Below are positions 28,741 to 37,445 of a stretch of DNA of 64,000 bases, piece after piece; position 1 is the first letter of the stretch, and each line of letters opens with the position of its first letter. A program made the position numbers and the translations under genes. Location of the stretch: assembly GCA_963840035.1 (NCBI GenBank), contig CAWIXE010000001.1:46675-110674 (forward strand), in the 5' to 3' direction. The stretch comes from a candidate division FCPU426 bacterium. GTDB taxonomy: Bacteria; Oederibacteriota; PGYV01; Palsa-1178. The notes beneath the pieces were generated by a model, which saw only the letters and a program-made list of their open reading frames with translations, was not told the origin of the DNA and did not search any database.

Positions 28741-29937
28741 TTATATTGAGACTTCCGCGCTGGTGTAAAGCGCCGCAATTACCGCCGTAAAGTAGGCGAT
28801 CGCGCTTTTTAAATCCCGCTTTTTCTCGTTTTTAAAACTTTTTACAAGACCCGCGGCCCTGTCCCAAAAAAGCGGCACAGCGGCCCATGACCTGACTATG
28901 ATATGCGAGGTCCTGCTGCCGTTTATCCCGGCGAACTTAAATGGCCTTAAAAATCCTTCTATTGATTTAAGCAGCCCTTCGGGCGCCGTTGTCTTTATCA
29001 TCAGGTCGGCCGTAATCATGAGAAGGACCATTCTGAATACAAACATCGCTCCCATACTAAGGCCTGTTTCGGTTATACTAACGGGCCCTGCAGCGTATAA
29101 CACCGCTCCTCCGTGGTTAAAAAACAGCGGCATAAAGAATGAAAACATCAGAAACCATTTCATCCTTGCAACCCCTGTGAAAATCGCCTTAAAACTTATT
29201 CCGGCTGCCATTGCCGTGATCAGTATTGCGGCGAGCATGGCCAGGAATAATTCCCTGCTGGAAAAAAATATTATTGCCGCAGCTGCCGCCGCGGTTATAA
29301 TTATTTTCATTGACGGGTCTGCCGCGTGAAGAAAAGACTTTCCATTTATATATCCGCGCCACGGCGCGGATGCAGCCTGTTTTTCGCCCGTGAATCCCAT
29401 GGCCTTCTCATTAGCGCTGCCGGGCAGAGCGATCTTCGCGCATACTCCGGACGCCACAAGGCCTGTTATCCATCCCGTAACCACCGAACTTATACCCAGC
29501 CAGGGCGCGAGCATTAAAACACCCGGGCTTCTTATAAAGAACGCGTAAATCACCGCCAGCTGGGTCATGTTATGCGCCACAGCGCCAAGCAGGCTGATTC
29601 CTATGAGGCTTAAGGCGGGTTTTTTAAAGTTTTTAAGTATGGAATACACGGCGCCCATGACAACGCTGCTGGCTAATGCCGATGTGAAGCTTAATATAAA
29701 GGAAGTGGAAAGGAAAGTTCCGAGTAAAAGCGAGCTTATTAGCGACCTTAACACGGCTATTTCCACAGCCGCTCCAAACCCCAGGTCCACAAGAGCGACT
29801 AAAGTAATCATGTTTGCAAGGCCGAGTTTTATGCCGGGTATGGGCTGCGGTAAAAAGGATTCCGCCATCTGGAGGATGGAGGCTATCGTGACAAGGAGCG
29901 CTGTTTTCTCTGTTTTTACGTCGGGTTTAAAATTCAT
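28741..29937 (-). CDS. Gx transporter (EetB-like) fused to an ECF-T/CbiQ-like domain
   Basis: PIPGIKLGLAN, GAVAHNMTQL; YINGKSFLHAADPSMK (ECF-T start), TTAPEGLLKSIEGFLRPF. Confidence 0.85.
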   Translation of the reverse strand: MNFKPDVKTEKTALLVTIASILQMAESFLPQPIPGIKLGLANMITLVALVDLGFGAAVEIAVLRSLISSLLLGTFLSTSFILSFTSALASSVVMGAVYSILKNFKKPALSLIGISLLGAVAHNMTQLAVIYAFFIRSPGVLMLAPWLGISSVVTGWITGLVASGVCAKIALPGSANEKAMGFTGEKQAASAPWRGYINGKSFLHAADPSMKIIITAAAAAAIIFFSSRELFLAMLAAILITAMAAGISFKAIFTGVARMKWFLMFSFFMPLFFNHGGAVLYAAGPVSITETGLSMGAMFVFRMVLLMITADLMIKTTAPEGLLKSIEGFLRPFKFAGINGSRTSHIIVRSWAAVPLFWDRAAGLVKSFKNEKKRDLKSAIAYFTAVIAALYTSAEVSI

Positions 29938-29945
29938 ATGCCGCC

Positions 29946-30320
29946 TCAGTAACTGACAGTATCAAACTGTGTGGAATTATTTCTTGGTATTTCTATTATT
30001 ACCCTGTTTGGCAGGCATACCAGCGACTGCCCCGGCTGGGAAATCCATCCGCCATGGCTGCAGATCTTCCTCGGACAGTCCGACTTTAACACCCTTACAC
30101 TGCCATCTTTGACCTCAATTTCCATGCCGTTTATAACGGTGATTGAATCTTTTTGAAGGCTGATCTCATGTTTATCGTCATTATTTTTTGTTATTTCGGC
30201 CACCTCTGAGCGCTGGCCTGGCAGAAGCGTTGAAAACAGGGGCGCTGAAAATAACACAAGTATAAGCATGGCCGCGGCGTAATCCATCGGCCTGGCGGAA
30301 TAAAACCTTGTTTTATCCAT
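29946..30320 (-). CDS. NusG domain II-containing protein (EetA-like)
   Basis: SDCPRKICSHGGWI, SLVCLPNRVIIEI. Confidence 0.9.
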   Translation of the reverse strand: MDKTRFYSARPMDYAAAMLILVLFSAPLFSTLLPGQRSEVAEITKNNDDKHEISLQKDSITVINGMEIEVKDGSVRVLKSDCPRKICSHGGWISQPGQSLVCLPNRVIIEIPRNNSTQFDTVSY

Positions 30321-30353
30321 TTCAATCGCCTCCCTGCATTCTAATTGCTACTA

Positions 30354-30400
30354 ATACTATCTCTTTAGTAGTATTATAGCAGGCGGTTAATAAATGTCAA
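30354..30400 (-). promoter_or_regulatory. Promoter with a 7-7-7 palindrome, putative Rrf2 operator
   Basis: TTGACA-N16-TATAAT with ATACTAT-CTCTTTA-GTAGTAT overlapping the -10. Confidence 0.5.
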
Positions 30401-30515
30401 GTATGATTTTTCACAAGCGGGGGTCTTCCGGACGGATATTTTCGCCTCAACATTCATGTGCGCGCTTTTATTCACATGACGCGGGCGGCGGTTGCCGCAT
30501 TATATGATTACAAAT

Positions 30516-30544
30516 AAAAAACCGGCGGCTTTTCAGCCGCCGGC
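30516..30544 (-). terminator. Rho-independent terminator
   Basis: CCGGCGGCT-TTTC-AGCCGCCGG followed by a T-tract on the minus strand. Confidence 0.75.
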
Positions 30545-30566
30545 ATTATGTCTTTACATGCAGGCG

Positions 30567-31082
30567 CTATTTTTTTTCAGCAAACGCGCCGTATATGACC
30601 AGCGCCCTTTTTGCGGCTATTGCCACAGCTTTTGACGAAATGGTGGCGCCTGTTATCGCCCTGATGTCCTTGCCTGTCTCGATGCTGTCAGCCGCTGATT
30701 TTCCGGCAAACTGCTTGATAAAATTAGGCTGCTTGATGCCCGCGCCGCGCTTTTCCGACATTGAGATAAACCCTATGTCCCTGATCTTTTTTGTCGCGGG
30801 GTCGATGGATATTGCCATCTTGATGGGACCCCATTTTCCCTTCTGCTCCTCTATGACCACGGCGCCGGTCTTTGAGGAGTATATTTCATACTTCTTACTT
30901 ACGGGCATTTTGTTATTCAGCGCGGCCTGCACCCTTGCGGTTACCGCGTCTGTGACTTCAAAGGCCACGGCTTTCAGGTCTGTATCAGGCAGCAGACCCT
31001 TGACCACGGTCTCTTTCATGTCCGCGGCAATGACACCCGCTGCAACCGATAACATAAGCATCAAAAACAATATTTTCTTCAT
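30567..31082 (-). CDS. Exported FMN-binding (flavinylated) protein A
   Basis: Close paralog of 26397-26930; AITGATISS. Confidence 0.92.
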   Translation of the reverse strand: MKKILFLMLMLSVAAGVIAADMKETVVKGLLPDTDLKAVAFEVTDAVTARVQAALNNKMPVSKKYEIYSSKTGAVVIEEQKGKWGPIKMAISIDPATKKIRDIGFISMSEKRGAGIKQPNFIKQFAGKSAADSIETGKDIRAITGATISSKAVAIAAKRALVIYGAFAEKK

Positions 31083-31115
31083 TCACTTCCTCCTTAACAT
31101 ATTGGTCTTTTCTTA

Positions 31116-32213
31116 TTAAAAAGTCATCCTTACGGCGAGGGTGGGCCTTACGAATTGAAGGCCGTCCGCCCCGTTATTCTGCATCCAGTCGGCGCAGTCC
31201 ACCTGAAGCATTACATATGTGCTGTCCGAAAGGTTCATGTCCAGGACCGCGGTATTTGTTATGTACTTTTCCCCTCCCAGGTTTGCGGTATAGAAAAACC
31301 CGTTAAAATTATGCGCGGCCACGTTATAATTGTAAACAAGCTTCAGCCACGGCATGAATTTATACGCGGCCTTAATATAGTAGCCGTATGTTGCCGCGTC
31401 CTTTCCGGCGCCCATTTTGTTTTCCCACCTGCCGTTTGCAATCTCCGCGCGCAGCTGCAGGGCTTCCCAGTTGAACTGGATTCCTCCTGAAGCCCTCTGA
31501 TACGCATTGTGCCTGCCCGTGTCGTACGTCCCCACAGTATAAGACCCCATGACTTTGAACATCCCCATGGCCGGTTCGGTATGTATCATCACCGCGGGCT
31601 GCCTGTTGTTGTCATAAGTGTCCTCCGCGCCGTATCCGTTCATGGCATATAGCCAGACAGGGATGGCCGCATCACCTACAGCAAAGGATTTATATATTTC
31701 TATGCCTGTATCCGCCATTTCCCCCAGCCAGGGATTGGCGGCAAATTTTGATCCGTTGAATTCCTCATCCCAGAATAGCTCCTGCCCGTATTCCACTGTA
31801 AAGAGCGGCTTTAAAAGCCCTGCCGATATCTCCACCTCCATCGGGGCGGTATATTTTATCAGCGCCTTGTTAAATCCTCCAAACGCCGCCGATTCCGATG
31901 AAAGATTATCGCCGATGTTGCTTCCAAACTTCGGGGTGGCTCCCGTGCTTGCCCTGAATGACGGCTCCACCTCGACAGACAGTACGTCGGATAATGTCTG
32001 TGAAATATACAGTATTACCTCGCCAAAGCTGAATCCGGTAAATTCAGTCGAGCCGTATTTCACGCCGCCCGCCGCCGTCCTTACCCCGTCTGCCGCGTCA
32101 AATAAAGTCATTTTTATGTGTCCGCCTACAGTGGTTCCTGTGTCGGCGCAAAACGACGCGGGCGCAAATGCCATTACAAAAACAGCTGCAAATAACAACA
32201 TTTTCTTTTTCAT
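31116..32213 (-). CDS. Outer-membrane beta-barrel / porin A
   Basis: Paralog of 27039-28145 (VGGHIKMTLFD, STGATPKFG, EYG.ELFW.E.FNG); C-terminal AVRMTF. Confidence 0.8.
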   Translation of the reverse strand: MKKKMLLFAAVFVMAFAPASFCADTGTTVGGHIKMTLFDAADGVRTAAGGVKYGSTEFTGFSFGEVILYISQTLSDVLSVEVEPSFRASTGATPKFGSNIGDNLSSESAAFGGFNKALIKYTAPMEVEISAGLLKPLFTVEYGQELFWDEEFNGSKFAANPWLGEMADTGIEIYKSFAVGDAAIPVWLYAMNGYGAEDTYDNNRQPAVMIHTEPAMGMFKVMGSYTVGTYDTGRHNAYQRASGGIQFNWEALQLRAEIANGRWENKMGAGKDAATYGYYIKAAYKFMPWLKLVYNYNVAAHNFNGFFYTANLGGEKYITNTAVLDMNLSDSTYVMLQVDCADWMQNNGADGLQFVRPTLAVRMTF

Positions 32214-32297
32214 GTTTTCCTCCCCTGATTTTAATTCCCCTTATACTGCGCTTTCATTAAAAAGCCTCAATCACCCCCGTAACTGATTATGCTTTTA

Positions 32298-32810
32298 TTA
32301 CTTAACGGCTTTTTCTTTATAAAGCCACATTTCATATAAAGGCACTAGAAGCATGACAGCCAATGAAATACCAAGTAAAATCCCGGACAGGACCATGAGC
32401 ACCGCCATCCACGAAGCCACATACCTTATCAGCCAGAACGAGGACGTCGCGATTAACACAGCCACAAAACCGTCGACAAGCGCGAACTTTTTCAGCCATG
32501 CGGGTATGGACCTGGCAAACATGAAGATAAGCCCTATGGAAAAGACCATAAGGGACATGCCGAACATATGCGTGTGGGTATGCTGCATCAGATACGCGTT
32601 ATCAGGCGGTTCAATCATTTTTGCCTCGTTACCCCTGTAATGGTCGGCTATGCTTTCGATGGAAAAACCTTCTGACAACGCCACAGTCCCGACAGCTGAC
32701 AAATACGCGAACCCCATGCAGATAAGGAACATGGTAAAAAAATACTTCAGTACTGGCGGAAGCTTGCTTAAGTTTAAAAGTGACAAAAACCCTTCTCTTT
32801 CATTTTCCAT
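32298..32810 (-). CDS. Four-TM membrane protein with QHTHTH motif, copy A
   Basis: Close paralog of 28198-28713. Confidence 0.85.
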   Translation of the reverse strand: MENEREGFLSLLNLSKLPPVLKYFFTMFLICMGFAYLSAVGTVALSEGFSIESIADHYRGNEAKMIEPPDNAYLMQHTHTHMFGMSLMVFSIGLIFMFARSIPAWLKKFALVDGFVAVLIATSSFWLIRYVASWMAVLMVLSGILLGISLAVMLLVPLYEMWLYKEKAVK

Positions 32811-33010
32811 TTATAACCCCCCGGCGGTTTTTTAGCGTATTTTAAGCATACCCATGCAAATGCCATAATTTTAGCCATAAAGGCCTTTTAGACAAGATTT
32901 TAGTTATTAACCCCAATAAAATAAAGGAACAACTGCGTTTTTTAAACGGAATTTTTAGATATATATGATATACCATATAATAACGTGAATTTCAACCTGG
33001 CGCGGATTTT

Positions 33011-33212
33011 GATATTGTAAATAATAGTGTGTAAACTCACTTTGGCCTTTAAATATCTTTGTTTTCATTAGAAACGGCTTTCACCCCTCTCCTCTTAGGA
33101 GAGGGGCAGGGGTGAGGTGAAACCAATTGTCTTATTCCCCTCACCCTACCCTCTCCCAAATGGGAGAGGGATAAAAGAACAAATCAATTTACACACAATT
33201 AATGACAGTATC
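33011..33212. mobile_element. MITE-like element, copy 2
   Basis: Same TIRs as 23942-24199; interior nearly identical to 60630-60746. Confidence 0.7.
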
Positions 33213-33239
33213 CGGATTTTTTTGGCGTTATGCCCTGAA

Positions 33240-33457
33240 AGATACTGTCGAAAAACCCGGATTTTTATAGGTTTCGACTCAGTCATGCGATGTCTTTGCG
33301 AGGAGCGAGTTTCTCAGCTACGAAGCAATCTCTGTACTTTTGTGGAACCGCGCGTACTTAAATTGCTTATCAATGAAACTGGGATTGCTTCGTCGCCATG
33401 GACCAAAAACGGCTCCTCACAATGACAATCTAATCAAGGACTTTTTCGACAGTATCT
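33240..33457. mobile_element. Second MITE-like element with 16-bp TIRs
   Basis: AGATACTGTCGAAAAA...TTTTTCGACAGTATCT enclosing GTC.TTGCGAGGAG..CGAAGCAATC / GATTGCTTCG..CTCCTC.CAATGAC. Confidence 0.65.
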
Positions 33458-33458
33458 G

Positions 33459-33499
33459 CATAACAAAACCCCTCCTGTTAAGGAGGGGTTTTGTTATGC
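33459..33499 (-). terminator. Rho-independent terminator
   Basis: CATAACAAAACCCCTCCT-GTTA-AGGAGGGGTTTTGTTATG. Confidence 0.75.
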
Positions 33500-33506
33500 A
33501 GCTTTT

Positions 33507-33815
33507 TTATTCTTTTACCATGGTTAAAAGCATTTTAAATTTTTCCACAGCGGTCACCGCGTGCGGAACATTTGCCGGCATAATTATAAGCTCCCCTTGC
33601 GTCAGCTCTTGGGGCGTCCCGCCAACAGTGATTCTTCCCGTCCCGTCCAAAACCTGCACTAGCGCCTCAAAAGGCGCGGTGTGCTCCGAAAGCGCCTGTC
33701 CCTTATCAAAGGCAAAAAGCGTAACAGTCCCTGATTTCTTGTTTAACAGCTGTTTTGAGACTATGGAATCCTTCGCATACTCAACCCCGTCTTTAAGAAC
33801 AATTTTCTCAGCCAT
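33507..33815 (-). CDS. Cupin domain protein
   Basis: TLFAFDKGQALSEHTAP, IMPANVPHAV. Confidence 0.92.
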   Translation of the reverse strand: MAEKIVLKDGVEYAKDSIVSKQLLNKKSGTVTLFAFDKGQALSEHTAPFEALVQVLDGTGRITVGGTPQELTQGELIIMPANVPHAVTAVEKFKMLLTMVKE

Positions 33816-33839
33816 GATGTAACCTCCGTTTTTTTCGTT

Positions 33840-33918
33840 GAGTCTCAGAGACAGGAGACTGCAGACAAAAGTAAACCGAAGACTTACTTCTTACTCCTGT
33901 CTCCTATCTCTTGTCTCG
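33840..33918. repeat. Heptamer-periodic hairpin (GAGACAG family)
   Basis: GAGACAGGAGACTGCAGACAAAAGTAA...TTACTCCTGTCTCCTATCTCTTGTCTC. Confidence 0.75.
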
Positions 33919-33947
33919 CTATCCTTAGACTATTCTCATATCCCCGC

Positions 33948-34997
33948 TTAAAAACACCTTCCCTTTTTATCCCGCCTGCAAGTCTTTTCCCCGCACTGGT
34001 AGCATATCTCGTTTTTCAGGGCCCGGCCCCTGAAATAGTCGTCAATATTCTGAAGCGTGGTCTCGGCGATATTTGTGATGGCCTCTTTTGTGAAAAATCC
34101 CTGGTGCGATGTAATAAGGACATTGTTAAATGTCAGCAGCCTGGCCAGGGTATCGTCGTTCACAATCTTTCCGGAAAAGTCCTCAAAAAAATACTTGTCT
34201 TCCTCCTCATAAACATCAAGCCCGGCATAGCCTATCTTATCCGTTTTTAGCCCCGCGATCAGTGCCTTTGTGTCTATGAGCCTGCCTCTGCCGGTATTTA
34301 TTATCATCACGCCTTTTTTCATCATGCTTATGGCTTTCCTGTCTATCAGGTGGTCGGTTTCTTTCGTCAACGGGCAATGTAACGTGATTATGTCGGATTC
34401 CCTGAATAGCTTTTTTAGTTCGACATACTTAATCCCGTTTTTCACGGCGTATTTCCTGTCAGGGTAACTGTCATGGGCAAGTATTTTTACGCCGAATCCT
34501 TTCAATATATTTATCAGGATCCGGCCTATCCTGCCTGTGCCAATGACACCCACTGTTTTTCCGGCCATATCAAAACCCAGAAAACCGTTTATCGAAAAAT
34601 TATTGTCCCTGGTCCTGTAATATGCCTTGTGTATTTTCCTGTTTAAGGAGAGCATCAGCGCCAGGGTATGTTCGGCCACGGCATTCGGGGAATATGCGGG
34701 GACCCTTGTCACATGAAGCTTTAAGTAAGCGGACCTCAGGTCGACATTATTATATCCGGCGGACCTTAAGGCGGCCATTCCTATGCCGTATTCATGGAAT
34801 TTATCAATAACGGCTTTATCCAGTTTGTCGTTTACAAACGCGCATGCCGTATCAAAACCTTTCGCAAGATATGCCGTATCCTCATTTAAATGCTGCGGAA
34901 AATATTTTATTATATAGCCGAACTTTTTATTTACTTCATTGAAAACTTCAATGTCATAGGGCTTTGCGTCAAAAAAAGCTATTTTTTTGTTTTCCAT
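33948..34997 (-). CDS. ldhA: D-lactate / 2-hydroxyacid dehydrogenase
   Basis: LRSAGYNNVDL, RVPAYSPNAVAEH, GVIGTGRIG, INTGRG, GLDVYEEE, TSHQGF. Confidence 0.92.
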   Translation of the reverse strand: MENKKIAFFDAKPYDIEVFNEVNKKFGYIIKYFPQHLNEDTAYLAKGFDTACAFVNDKLDKAVIDKFHEYGIGMAALRSAGYNNVDLRSAYLKLHVTRVPAYSPNAVAEHTLALMLSLNRKIHKAYYRTRDNNFSINGFLGFDMAGKTVGVIGTGRIGRILINILKGFGVKILAHDSYPDRKYAVKNGIKYVELKKLFRESDIITLHCPLTKETDHLIDRKAISMMKKGVMIINTGRGRLIDTKALIAGLKTDKIGYAGLDVYEEEDKYFFEDFSGKIVNDDTLARLLTFNNVLITSHQGFFTKEAITNIAETTLQNIDDYFRGRALKNEICYQCGEKTCRRDKKGRCF

Positions 34998-35034
34998 GGC
35001 AGCACCTCCGGAATTTTATATAAAACGTCTTTAT

Positions 35035-35111
35035 GAGTTTCAGAGACAGGAGATAGGAGACAAAAGTGAACCGCGGACCACTTCTTACTCCTGTCTCCAG
35101 TCTCTTGTCTC
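35035..35111. repeat. Heptamer-periodic hairpin (GAGACAG family)
   Basis: GAGACAGGAGATAGGAGACAAAAGT...ACTCCTGTCTCCAGTCTCTTGTCTC. Confidence 0.75.
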
Positions 35112-35137
35112 GCTCTTCCTCCACCAACCACCCACTT

Positions 35138-35995
35138 CTATGCCCACTCCTCACTTAATATTTCTCCCTTAAGGCCGACAACAATTGCCTTAATGGGGAC
35201 TTTTCTCTTTGCCTCGGCAACAGCCTGTTTTGCCATTCCAAGCAGCCCTCCGCAGCACGGCACCTGCATTATCATTACCGTCATTGTGTTTATTTTAGCC
35301 TCATCAACCATGGCAGTAAGTTTTTCCACATACACTTCCATGTCGCTGTCAAGTTTTGGGCATGCAATCGCAAGGGACTTTCCTTTTAAATAATCCCTGT
35401 GGAAATTTCCCATGGAAAAAGCCACGCAGTCAGCGGCTAAGACAAGGTCTTTACCCTGAAAATATGGCGCGGTAGGCGATACAAGATGAAGCTGGACAGG
35501 CCATTGCCTCAGTTCTGACGGTTGATTCCCTGTATTATCCCCGCTATAAGTATGCACTGCATCTTCATTAAAATCAAGCATCCTGGAGCCGGGGCAGCCC
35601 CCTCCTCCATGTTCGTGTCCATGCATTTTTTTCGCCTCCTTATAATTTGGGACTTCCATCCCTTTTTCCTTCAGGTATTCAAACGCTTCGCCCAGGTACT
35701 TTTTTTCGCCGTGATCGTCAAGGTGCTTTAAATGGGCTTTAAGGGTGTTGACTCCGGCCTTTACTATGTTTTCCATTACTTTTTTTTCGTCGTAAGGTTT
35801 AGCCTCTTTTTTTGTAACCTTAAGCGCGTCAACCGGGCATTCCTTTATGCAAGCTCCGAGGCCGTCGCATAAAAGGTCCGAGACAAGCCGCACCTTGCCG
35901 TCTATAACCTGGAGCGCGCCCTCAGGGCAGCCTGGCACGCAAACCCCGCACCCGTTGCATTTATCAAGGTCAATCTCTATCATGTCCCGCAGCAT
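35138..35995 (-). CDS. 4Fe-4S binding protein (type often linked to hcp)
   Basis: CNGCGVCVPGCPEGA, CDGLGACIKECP, GCPGS, QWPVQL, AADCV, ACPKLD, VPCCGG. Confidence 0.88.
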   Translation of the reverse strand: MLRDMIEIDLDKCNGCGVCVPGCPEGALQVIDGKVRLVSDLLCDGLGACIKECPVDALKVTKKEAKPYDEKKVMENIVKAGVNTLKAHLKHLDDHGEKKYLGEAFEYLKEKGMEVPNYKEAKKMHGHEHGGGGCPGSRMLDFNEDAVHTYSGDNTGNQPSELRQWPVQLHLVSPTAPYFQGKDLVLAADCVAFSMGNFHRDYLKGKSLAIACPKLDSDMEVYVEKLTAMVDEAKINTMTVMIMQVPCCGGLLGMAKQAVAEAKRKVPIKAIVVGLKGEILSEEWA

Positions 35996-36048
35996 AACCC
36001 ACCGCCTTTTTATTATTCATTACTCATTGTTAATTATTCATTGCTTGT

Positions 36049-36096
36049 ATATCACCTTCTTAGTGATATATTACCAAATTAGTAGGAAACTGTCAA
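36049..36096 (-). promoter_or_regulatory. Promoter with a putative Rrf2/IscR operator
   Basis: ATATCAC-CTTCTTA-GTGATAT overlapping the -10 of TTGACA-N17-TAATAT; 20/21 identical to 44961-44981. Confidence 0.7.
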
Positions 36097-36231
36097 CTGA
36101 TTATTTCAAATTATATATATAAGGAAGGTTAATAAGAAATGGTGTTTATGTGGCGTAAAATCCCTCTGTGCGGGCCGCCACATGCGGCGGCCCCTACAGG
36201 GTTTATAAAAAAATATTTAAAGCCTGCGTTA

Positions 36232-36467
36232 CTCACCTCGTTATATTAAAAAAGGCCCGCTAAAATCAGCGGGCCTTTTTTAATCCGAATAGCTCACCTC
36301 ATTATATTAAAAAAGGCCCGCTAAAATCAGCGGGCCTTTTTTAATCCGAATAGCTTACCTCGTTATATTAAAAAAGGCCCGCTAAAATCAGCGGGCCTTT
36401 TTTAATCCGAATAGCTCACCTCGTTATATTAAAAAAGGCCCGCTAAAATCAGCGGGCCTTTTTTAAT
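36232..36467. repeat. About 3.9 tandem copies of a 61-bp unit, each a bidirectional terminator hairpin
   Basis: Unit CTCACCTCGTTATATTAAAAAAGGCCCGCTAAAATCAGCGGGCCTTTTTTAATCCGAATAG at 36232, 36293, 36354, 36415. Confidence 0.95.
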
Positions 36468-36692
36468 ATGGGTGCAGGACGATATAAGGGGTTTTGGGAG
36501 GGGGTTAGTTAGGGGGAACCTGCACCCATATTTTATTAGTTCATCTCTGTGTGTTTTTTAAGAACTTTATAGCATGTCTACTAATAATTGATGTAAAAGT
36601 GAGGTTTTTGCGTCATAGCTAGGAAGTGTTTGTTTCCGGGTTTCCATCTTCCTGGTCTGCTCACTTTTTGTCTTAAAACCCGACTGTTTCAA
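36428..36692 (-). ncRNA. Candidate small RNA (GGA-bearing hairpin plus C-rich loop hairpin)
   Basis: Promoter TTGACA(36726)-N17-TATATA, two long hairpins, terminator, no substantial ORF. Confidence 0.45.
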
Positions 36693-36766
36693 TAGCATAT
36701 ATACCAAATATAAAAGCCCGTGTCAAGAAATATAAAATAATTTTAATTTTGATGTTGGCTTACAGG

Positions 36767-37135
36767 TTATACAGAAGTTTTTTTGCCTTTTTTGTAAATT
36801 TCAACTTTTTCGGCCGAGCCGTCCTTGGCGTAACAAATCCACTGGCCTTCTTTTAATCCGGAAACAAAGTTTCCCTTCCTTTTAATCAGCCCTGAATCAA
36901 TATCATAAAACTCCGTATACTCCCCGTGCAGCACTCCCATATCATAATTGGCTTCAACATAAAGGCTTGTTTCAGGGTCATAGCTGACGTACATGCCGTG
37001 ATAAACAACTGACGGCCCTTTACAGCCTCCTGAACAGCCGCATCCGGATGAACATTTTTCAGCGGATTTTTTTACCGCCTTCTTCTTTTTTGCCGGCTTT
37101 GCTTTTGCCTTTACTTTTGTCTTTTTAACAGCCAT
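36767..37135 (-). CDS. MORN-variant/YwqK-like repeat protein with Lys-rich, Cys-cluster N-terminus
   Basis: GVLHGEYTEFY, GNFVSGLKEGQW, YKKGK; CSSGCGCSGGC. Confidence 0.75.
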   Translation of the reverse strand: MAVKKTKVKAKAKPAKKKKAVKKSAEKCSSGCGCSGGCKGPSVVYHGMYVSYDPETSLYVEANYDMGVLHGEYTEFYDIDSGLIKRKGNFVSGLKEGQWICYAKDGSAEKVEIYKKGKKTSV

Positions 37136-37136
37136 T

Positions 37137-37445
37137 TTATTTTGTTTCATCCTCGTCATCGTACATGGTGCGCTCCAAAAGCTCGCCCCTGTTCCATATT
37201 TTTACCGACTCGACGCGCCCTTTTTTATCAAACTCTGTCCAGACGCCCTGCTTTGTGCCGTTTTCATAATGGCCCTCAGTCTTTATTGCCTTTTTTTCCT
37301 CGTCAAAAAACTCCTTGTACACGCCGTGCATGATGCCGTTCTCGAATTTAGCGAGTTTGCTTGTCTTAGTGTAGGGGTCATAAGCGTCATAGGTGCCGTT
37401 CAAAGTGCTTACAATAAAATCGCTGCCGTGCTTTTTTTCAGCCAT
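37137..37445 (-). CDS. MORN-variant/YwqK-like repeat protein
   Basis: FENGIMHGVYKEFF, EGHYENGTKQGVWTEFD. Confidence 0.8.
   Translation of the reverse strand: MAEKKHGSDFIVSTLNGTYDAYDPYTKTSKLAKFENGIMHGVYKEFFDEEKKAIKTEGHYENGTKQGVWTEFDKKGRVESVKIWNRGELLERTMYDDEDETK

Noticed and set aside
26397-31082. Rnf or Nqr complex
   Set aside because: Only RnfG-like FMN domains are present; no RnfA-E or NqrA-F subunits in the window
36232-36467. CRISPR array
   Set aside because: The sequence between hairpins is essentially identical in each unit (no unique spacers) and there are no cas genes; it is a tandem repeat
36767-37445. Toxin-antitoxin or immunity locus
   Set aside because: No adjacent toxin gene; MORN-variant repeats alone are not diagnostic
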